DNA from: Marine Group I thaumarchaeote
Lineage (GTDB): Archaea > Thermoproteota > Nitrososphaeria > Nitrososphaerales > Nitrosopumilaceae
NCBI GenBank assembly: GCA_044358425.1
Contig: CP054849.1
Coordinates: 394,048-416,061 of the forward strand
Length of the DNA stretch: 22,014 bases
Direction of reading: 5' to 3'
The notes beneath the pieces were generated by a model, which did no database searches, had not been told where the DNA came from, and was given only the letters and a program-made list of their open reading frames with translations. The position numbers and the translations under genes are program-made. This document shows positions 17,620-22,014 of this stretch, one piece after another. Each line of letters begins with the position of its first letter. The stretch's first letter is position 1.

Positions 17620-18390
17620 TTATGCCCAAGAAAAGATCTTTTTTGTTTTTTCTTCAATTCCAAAGAATATTCCTAATGTCACCCTATCTGAATTGCCTTG
17701 AATTTTATTTACTTCGTGAAGATAATTGGGATTAATTATTACTAAATCTCCTAATTCTGGTTTGATTGTATCTACCGTTGTATTTCTTTTTACAATTGGG
17801 TTATATCCAAACTCTACTTCCCTATATTTCTCTAATTTTTTTTCCCATTGTTTATTGTATATTGATAAATTTCCGCCTTTTTCTGTTTCTTGTAAGTGTA
17901 AAACACATGATAATTGTTTATTTATTTTCGATACTTGATACTCTACACCTTCATAACTTACATTGTCTTTGTGCAATGGAATTGATTTGCCATTTGTGTG
18001 TCGTCTGATAGTGCATGATGCATAATTTCTATGATTTTCTTTAGTTTCTGAAATTTCATAATTGGGGAAAAATTTTGATATTGTTGTTTTAATTTTATTA
18101 ATTGGATCCTCTATATTCAAAAAGATTTTTTCAAATATTTCATTTGCTTTTTCTGCACTATCAAAATATTCTTCTTTTTTTGTGATATAATTCATTAAAA
18201 ATGGACCAATATGATTAAATTTTTTTGAATCTCTTTCAATACTCATGGTAGATATTTTTTCAATTATTTTTTGACAATCTTCTTTTTTTAAAAAATTTTT
18301 TATAACTATTGATGAATTTTTTCCATCAATTATTTTTTTAATATCTTCATTTCTTATTTGATGATTTGTAATTGTGATGGAATTCCACAC
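17620..18390 (-). CDS. 2-oxoglutarate/Fe(II)-dependent oxygenase
   Basis: HxD in IPLHKDN, SCVLHLQ...GG.L, P..GDLVII, distal His in YLHEV, and the 2OG-binding Arg in DRVT. Confidence 0.88.
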   Translation of the reverse strand: MWNSITITNHQIRNEDIKKIIDGKNSSIVIKNFLKKEDCQKIIEKISTMSIERDSKKFNHIGPFLMNYITKKEEYFDSAEKANEIFEKIFLNIEDPINKIKTTISKFFPNYEISETKENHRNYASCTIRRHTNGKSIPLHKDNVSYEGVEYQVSKINKQLSCVLHLQETEKGGNLSIYNKQWEKKLEKYREVEFGYNPIVKRNTTVDTIKPELGDLVIINPNYLHEVNKIQGNSDRVTLGIFFGIEEKTKKIFSWA

Positions 18391-18678
18391 TTAATATCCC
18401 GCTGCCCCTGAATGCGATACTTTTGCAATCAAATCCCCTTCTGGTGTTTTTGATTCAATTTCACATTTTAGAAATGCGTTTACAATTACACTTTGAAGAT
18501 TTTCTACTGTCCAATCTGATTTATTATCTGACAATCCTGGTAAATCCACTCCTGAAATAATGATTTTAACAGAATCTGGATATTCATCAGAATTTCCATC
18601 TTTTCTATGAGTTACATTTATCTGAAAACTGTCTGTTGAAATTATTTTTTGACCATTTCCCCAAATTATGTCTGTCAT
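18391..18678 (-). CDS. Hypothetical protein, degenerate staphylococcal-nuclease (SNase) OB-fold pattern
   Basis: KIISTDSF, VKIIISGVDLP and EGDLIAKV align by eye with the SNase motifs VIDGDT, RL.GIDAPE and YGR.LAYV. Its stop directly abuts the oxygenase GTG. Confidence 0.6.
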   Translation of the reverse strand: MTDIIWGNGQKIISTDSFQINVTHRKDGNSDEYPDSVKIIISGVDLPGLSDNKSDWTVENLQSVIVNAFLKCEIESKTPEGDLIAKVSHSGAAGY

Positions 18679-18815
18679 CTTTTATCTAATTTTACAAAAA
18701 TATTTTTGATATTTATCTAACATTTTATTTTTTTACTAGTGCTAATTATCTATAGATACTCGTTTATTATTTGACAATTAGTAATAATTTTAGGTATGTC
18801 AACAGTTGATATCAT

Positions 18816-18938
18816 ATGACTGATGACGTTGACAAAAGTTTTTTTGATCTACTTGCTCAGTTAAAAGAACTAGATTCTGAAACATACTATAAAGTTCTCA
18901 AGGAATTTGAATCACAATATGATGAAAAAGAAACATAG
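18816..18938 (+). CDS. Acidic helical microprotein (40 aa); not in the ORF track
   Basis: MTDDVDKSFFDLLAQLKELDSETYYKVLKEFESQYDEKET*, amphipathic, filling an otherwise empty gap. Confidence 0.6.
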   Translation: MTDDVDKSFFDLLAQLKELDSETYYKVLKEFESQYDEKET

Positions 18939-18991
18939 TTGTTGATTTTTGGTAGAAAGATCTAAAAAGAACTTAGTTAGAAATCATAGAA

Positions 18992-19177
18992 TTGAAAGAA
19001 AAAATTGAATCATTAAAAGAACCTAGTCCTAAAAAAATCCCTCGTTCACTAAACAATCTCCTAAAAGTTGAGAAGGATTTGAAAAAAATGAATCTAGAAT
19101 TAAAAAAAGTAGTAAAGAAAGTCAATACGTTGGAAAAAGAAAATTCAAAATTACAAAGGAAGTTGAATAAAAGATAA
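18992..19177 (+). CDS. Small basic coiled-coil protein
   Basis: 61 aa, Lys/Glu/Leu heptads, TTG start. Confidence 0.55.
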   Translation: MKEKIESLKEPSPKKIPRSLNNLLKVEKDLKKMNLELKKVVKKVNTLEKENSKLQRKLNKR

Positions 19178-19203
19178 TTTTCGTTATGTGATTTATTTTA
19201 AAT

Positions 19204-19440
19204 CTATTTAGTTGTATCAATTACATTTAATGTCATAGTACTGACTACTCTTGATAGTTTTCTGATAGTCGCAACTACTTTTTCAAATCCTTCTTGATCC
19301 TCTGTTTCTATTTCTGCAATAACATCATATGCTCCAAAAGTTAAGTATGCATTACTAATTATTGCCATTTGTTTCAATTCATCAACAATGTATTCTTCTG
19401 CCCCTAAATCACAATTTAATAAAATGAATCCTTTGTGCAT
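19204..19440 (-). CDS. Stand-alone Lrp/AsnC ligand-binding (RAM) domain protein
   Basis: GFILLN...G.E......L, AY.TFG.YD.IA.IE and IRKL..V.STMTL motifs. No HTH. Confidence 0.9.
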   Translation of the reverse strand: MHKGFILLNCDLGAEEYIVDELKQMAIISNAYLTFGAYDVIAEIETEDQEGFEKVVATIRKLSRVVSTMTLNVIDTTK

Positions 19441-19491
19441 TCTTTTACCTTAATCTACTATGGTATTTCTTGTCTTTAAATTTTTGTAATA

Positions 19492-20817
19492 TTACCATCT
19501 ACTACGTCCGCCGTAGCTATTTTTTCCATCATTGTCATTATCTCTTCTCTTACCTCCTCGGTTATCTCTGCCGTAGCCACCGCCACCGCCTCTGCCGTAG
19601 CCACCGCCTCTACTTCCGCCTCTTGAATAATTTGATCTAGATCCTCCGCCACCACCATATCTTCGTGGTGATGATTGTCTTTTTAGTGGATCTGGAATTG
19701 AAATCTCAATATTCATTTCTTGATTTAGATCTCGAAGTGGTACTTTGATTTGACGTTTAATTATATTCCAATCTCCTACTGATGAGTATGATACAAATGT
19801 AATTGCTTTTCCTTCTGCTCCTGCCCTGGCAGTTCTTCCTATTCTATGAAAATATGCCATCTCTTGGTTAGGTACATCATAATTGACAACTAATTCTACT
19901 TTTGGTACGTCTATTCCTCTTGAAGCAACATCTGTTGCGACTAAAATATCTGCTTTACCACTTCTAAATTTGCCCATTGATTGTTCTCTTCTACTTTGTG
20001 ACATGTCCCCTTCAATAGCAACTGCATTGTATTTTTCTTGGTGTAGAAATTTTGCTACATCTCTTGTTCTATATTTTGTTGAACAAAACACCACTGATTG
20101 TCCTCTTGTTTTTTTAATGAAATCTAAAAGATACTTGAATTTGTCTCTGTCTTTAATTACTAAAAATGATTGATCTATTCCTTCACCACTTAGGTCATCT
20201 GCATCTAACAAGAATTGTTTTGGATTATGTAGATAATCTTCAGATAATCTCAAAATTGCTGTTGGCATTGTTGCTGAAAATAAAGACATTACCCTGTCTT
20301 CTGGTGATAAATCTAAAATAAATTGAATATCATCTATAAATCCCATATCTAACATTGTGTCTGCTTCATCCAGTACAATGTGAGTAATGTCTCCTAATTC
20401 AATTGAACCTCTTTTGAGATGATCAATTAATCTACCTGGAGTTGCTACAATAATTTCTACTCCTCTATGTAGTGCATCTAATTGAATTCCCATTCCTTGT
20501 CCACCGTATACTGTTGCAATTCTAATTCCAGTATGTTTTCCCATTTTTTTAATTTCTGTACTAATTTGCATAGCTAATTCTCTAGTAGGTGCCATGATTA
20601 GTCCTTGAATTCCTTTTTTTGGAGTTATATCATTTAACATTGATAATGCAAATGCTGCTGTCTTTCCAGAACCTGTATGGGCTTGACCCACTACATCTCT
20701 ACCTGATAATAACACTGGAATCACTGCTTCTTGAATTTCAAATGCTTCTTCAAAACCTTGATCAGTAATTCCTCTTAGTACTTCTTCTTTTAATCCTAGA
20801 TCTTTAAATTTTGTCAT
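19492..20817 (-). CDS. DEAD-box RNA helicase (DeaD/CshA-like) with RGG-rich tail
   Basis: Q-motif, AHTGSGKT, PTRELA, TPGR, DEAD, SAT, TDVASRGID and HRIGRTAR motifs. The ATG at 20817 (MTKFKDLGL) is preferred over GTG 20862. Confidence 0.97.
   Translation of the reverse strand: MTKFKDLGLKEEVLRGITDQGFEEAFEIQEAVIPVLLSGRDVVGQAHTGSGKTAAFALSMLNDITPKKGIQGLIMAPTRELAMQISTEIKKMGKHTGIRIATVYGGQGMGIQLDALHRGVEIIVATPGRLIDHLKRGSIELGDITHIVLDEADTMLDMGFIDDIQFILDLSPEDRVMSLFSATMPTAILRLSEDYLHNPKQFLLDADDLSGEGIDQSFLVIKDRDKFKYLLDFIKKTRGQSVVFCSTKYRTRDVAKFLHQEKYNAVAIEGDMSQSRREQSMGKFRSGKADILVATDVASRGIDVPKVELVVNYDVPNQEMAYFHRIGRTARAGAEGKAITFVSYSSVGDWNIIKRQIKVPLRDLNQEMNIEISIPDPLKRQSSPRRYGGGGGSRSNYSRGGSRGGGYGRGGGGGYGRDNRGGKRRDNDNDGKNSYGGRSRW
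19566..19608. repeat. 19-bp direct repeat with 24-bp period in the RGG tail (GGGYGR twice)
   Basis: CTCTGCCGTAGCCACCGCC at 19566-19584 and 19590-19608. Confidence 0.9.
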
Positions 20818-20880
20818 TTTGTTTTCTTCTCTTAAGCAATGACGATAAAGCTCATTGCCCACTCGTCATTATTCCGATAA
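20818..20880 (-). promoter_or_regulatory. Putative structured 5' leader of the DEAD-box helicase mRNA (alternative stems, two uORFs)
   Basis: RNA AAUGACGA-GUGG-GCAAUGA-GCUUUA-UCGUCAUUGC. A TATA-like TTTATTA at 20908-20902 implies a leader of about 60 nt. Confidence 0.55.
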
Positions 20881-20919
20881 CCCAGAAACTTTTTTCAGGT
20901 CTAATAAACGCTTGTTATT

Positions 20920-21723
20920 TTAATTTCCTAACTGCCTATCAATGACTTTTTTAAAACTTTCAAATGGTTGCGCTCCTTTTAATTCAACAAATCCCATTTC
21001 TTGATTTCCTATAAAAAATCCGGGTGTTCCCGTAACTCCGTATGTTCTTCCATCATTTAGATCATTTTGAATTTCTTTAACATACTTTGCAGTTGATAAA
21101 CACGAACTAAATTGTTCTTGTTCTAAATTGATTTGTTCTGAATATTGATTAAACAATTCAATTGCATAAACTGTTTCCAAATTACTCCATTCATTTTGTT
21201 TTTCAAATAATATGTCGTGCATTTGTTTAAATTTCCCTTGTTCATTTGCACATTCTGCTGCTACAGATGCTGGTACTGCATTAGGGTGTATGCTTTGAAT
21301 TGGAAAGTCCCTGAATACCAATTTTACAGTACCTTTTTCAATATATTCTTCCATTATTGTTGGAAGTGTTTGTATGTGAAATCGTGCACAAAATGGACAT
21401 TGAAAATCTGAAAATTCTATTATTGTAATTGGTGCATCTGGATTCCCAATTATTGGATCATTATCTGCAGATATCTCTAATGGTATACTTGGTTGGTTTG
21501 TTGGTAATTGTTTTTCAAGAATTTTTAATTCTAATTCTGCAATTGCATTATCTAATTCTTTTTGGGATATTTGCTCAGAATTTAAATTAGAAACAAATGA
21601 TCCTGCAAAAAATGCTGCAATTCCTGTTATGATGATTATTGCTATGATTAATGAATTGAATGTGGATCTTTTGATTACTTTCTCATTTTTTTTATTATCT
21701 TCTACAAAATAATCTTCATCCAT
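20920..21723 (-). CDS. Membrane-anchored DsbA/BdbD-family thioredoxin-fold oxidoreductase
   Basis: TM helix, then G.PDAP.TI.EFSDFQCPFC, RDFP...HP.A..A and GV.GTP.F.I...GAQP motifs. Confidence 0.92.
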   Translation of the reverse strand: MDEDYFVEDNKKNEKVIKRSTFNSLIIAIIIITGIAAFFAGSFVSNLNSEQISQKELDNAIAELELKILEKQLPTNQPSIPLEISADNDPIIGNPDAPITIIEFSDFQCPFCARFHIQTLPTIMEEYIEKGTVKLVFRDFPIQSIHPNAVPASVAAECANEQGKFKQMHDILFEKQNEWSNLETVYAIELFNQYSEQINLEQEQFSSCLSTAKYVKEIQNDLNDGRTYGVTGTPGFFIGNQEMGFVELKGAQPFESFKKVIDRQLGN

Positions 21724-21790
21724 AATCTATTTTTCATTACGGATTACTTATTCGTATGTGAATTTACTCCGTATAATTTTGAAAATTTAA

Positions 21791-21864
21791 AGCCACTGAC
21801 GGGATCTGAACCCATGACCTACTGATTACAAATCAGTTGCTCTACCAGGCTGAGCTACAGTGGC
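21791..21864 (-). tRNA. tRNA-Thr (UGU), intronless, CCA not encoded
   Basis: Acceptor stem GCCACTG/CAGTGGC, D arm GCTC..GAGC, anticodon arm ACTGA-TT[TGT]AA-TCAGT and T arm ATGGG-TTCAGAT-CCCGT. Confidence 0.97.
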
Positions 21865-21890
21865 ACGAAGTAAAATGAACTTTATGAAGG

Positions 21891-21896
21891 TTTAAA
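21891..21896 (-). promoter_or_regulatory. Probable TATA box of the tRNA-Thr gene
   Basis: TTTAAA located 27-32 bp upstream of the mature tRNA 5' end. Confidence 0.5.
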
Positions 21897-21979
21897 GTGT
21901 TACCTGAGCCGAATACTGTATTTTTTTAAAATAATCTCTACACCTTTCAATTTATAACATTGACTTTTCGATATTTGTT

Positions 21980-22014
21980 ATGAGATACATTGAACCAACT
22001 CGAGTTAAGGTTCT
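21980..22014 (+). CDS. Probable start of a CDS running off the window (MRYIEPTRVKV...)
   Basis: ATG at 21980, open to the edge, with TTTATAA about 25 bp upstream. Confidence 0.5.
   Translation, partial: MRYIEPTRVKV

Noticed and set aside
19476-19658. 60-aa ORF with AEAVAVAT repeats
   Set aside because: Alternative frame of the helicase RGG tail; its repeat derives from the GGGYGR codons.
20818-20862. 15-aa N-terminal extension of the helicase from GTG 20862
   Set aside because: DEAD-box helicases typically begin just before F..LGL, so ATG 20817 fits better. The region is better explained as a leader, though this is not proven.
20836-20862. GGCAAUGA resembling the 5' end of a fluoride (crcB) riboswitch
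   Set aside because: The downstream pseudoknot partner and the conserved 3' CURAUGRC..CUAC-like segment are absent, and the gene context is unrelated.
21791-21864. tRNA-Thr as integration site for the small-ORF region
   Set aside because: No integrase, and no duplicate of the tRNA end in the window beyond a short GCCACTGA match inside yyaL near 12820, which is expected by chance.

Overview
AT-rich (roughly 30% GC by eye) chromosomal segment of an ammonia-oxidising archaeon, most likely Nitrosopumilus-like (Nitrososphaerota/Thaumarchaeota). This assignment is inferred from gene content and order, compact leaderless-style genes and an archaeal-type tRNA without encoded CCA. The left 8 kb is housekeeping: heme O synthase (5'-truncated), a Zn-ribbon/EF-1beta/Cdc48/wHTH run, a geranylgeranyl reductase, Pth2, a Vgb-like beta-propeller and TruD. 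The middle (8-19 kb) is a patchwork of short hypothetical genes around a Zn-dependent alcohol dehydrogenase, YyaL and a 2OG-Fe(II) oxygenase, with at least six credible microproteins under 60 aa that the ORF track misses. The right end holds a RAM-domain protein, a DEAD-box helicase, a DsbA-family protein and tRNA-Thr(UGU). I saw no CRISPR array, integrase or transposase. Best leads: (1) a bistable hairpin plus two coupled uORFs in the DEAD-box helicase leader; (2) an arcadin-1-like orphan; (3) a degenerate GIY-YIG gene split from its Zn-ribbon tail inside a 21-bp tandem repeat, with a perfect palindrome at its start; (4) 37 bp of perfect DNA identity between the D1 and D2 Walker A regions of cdc48; (5) an apparently inactive SNase-fold gene abutting the 2OG-Fe(II) oxygenase gene. 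All family assignments come from motif recognition by eye; no searches were run.
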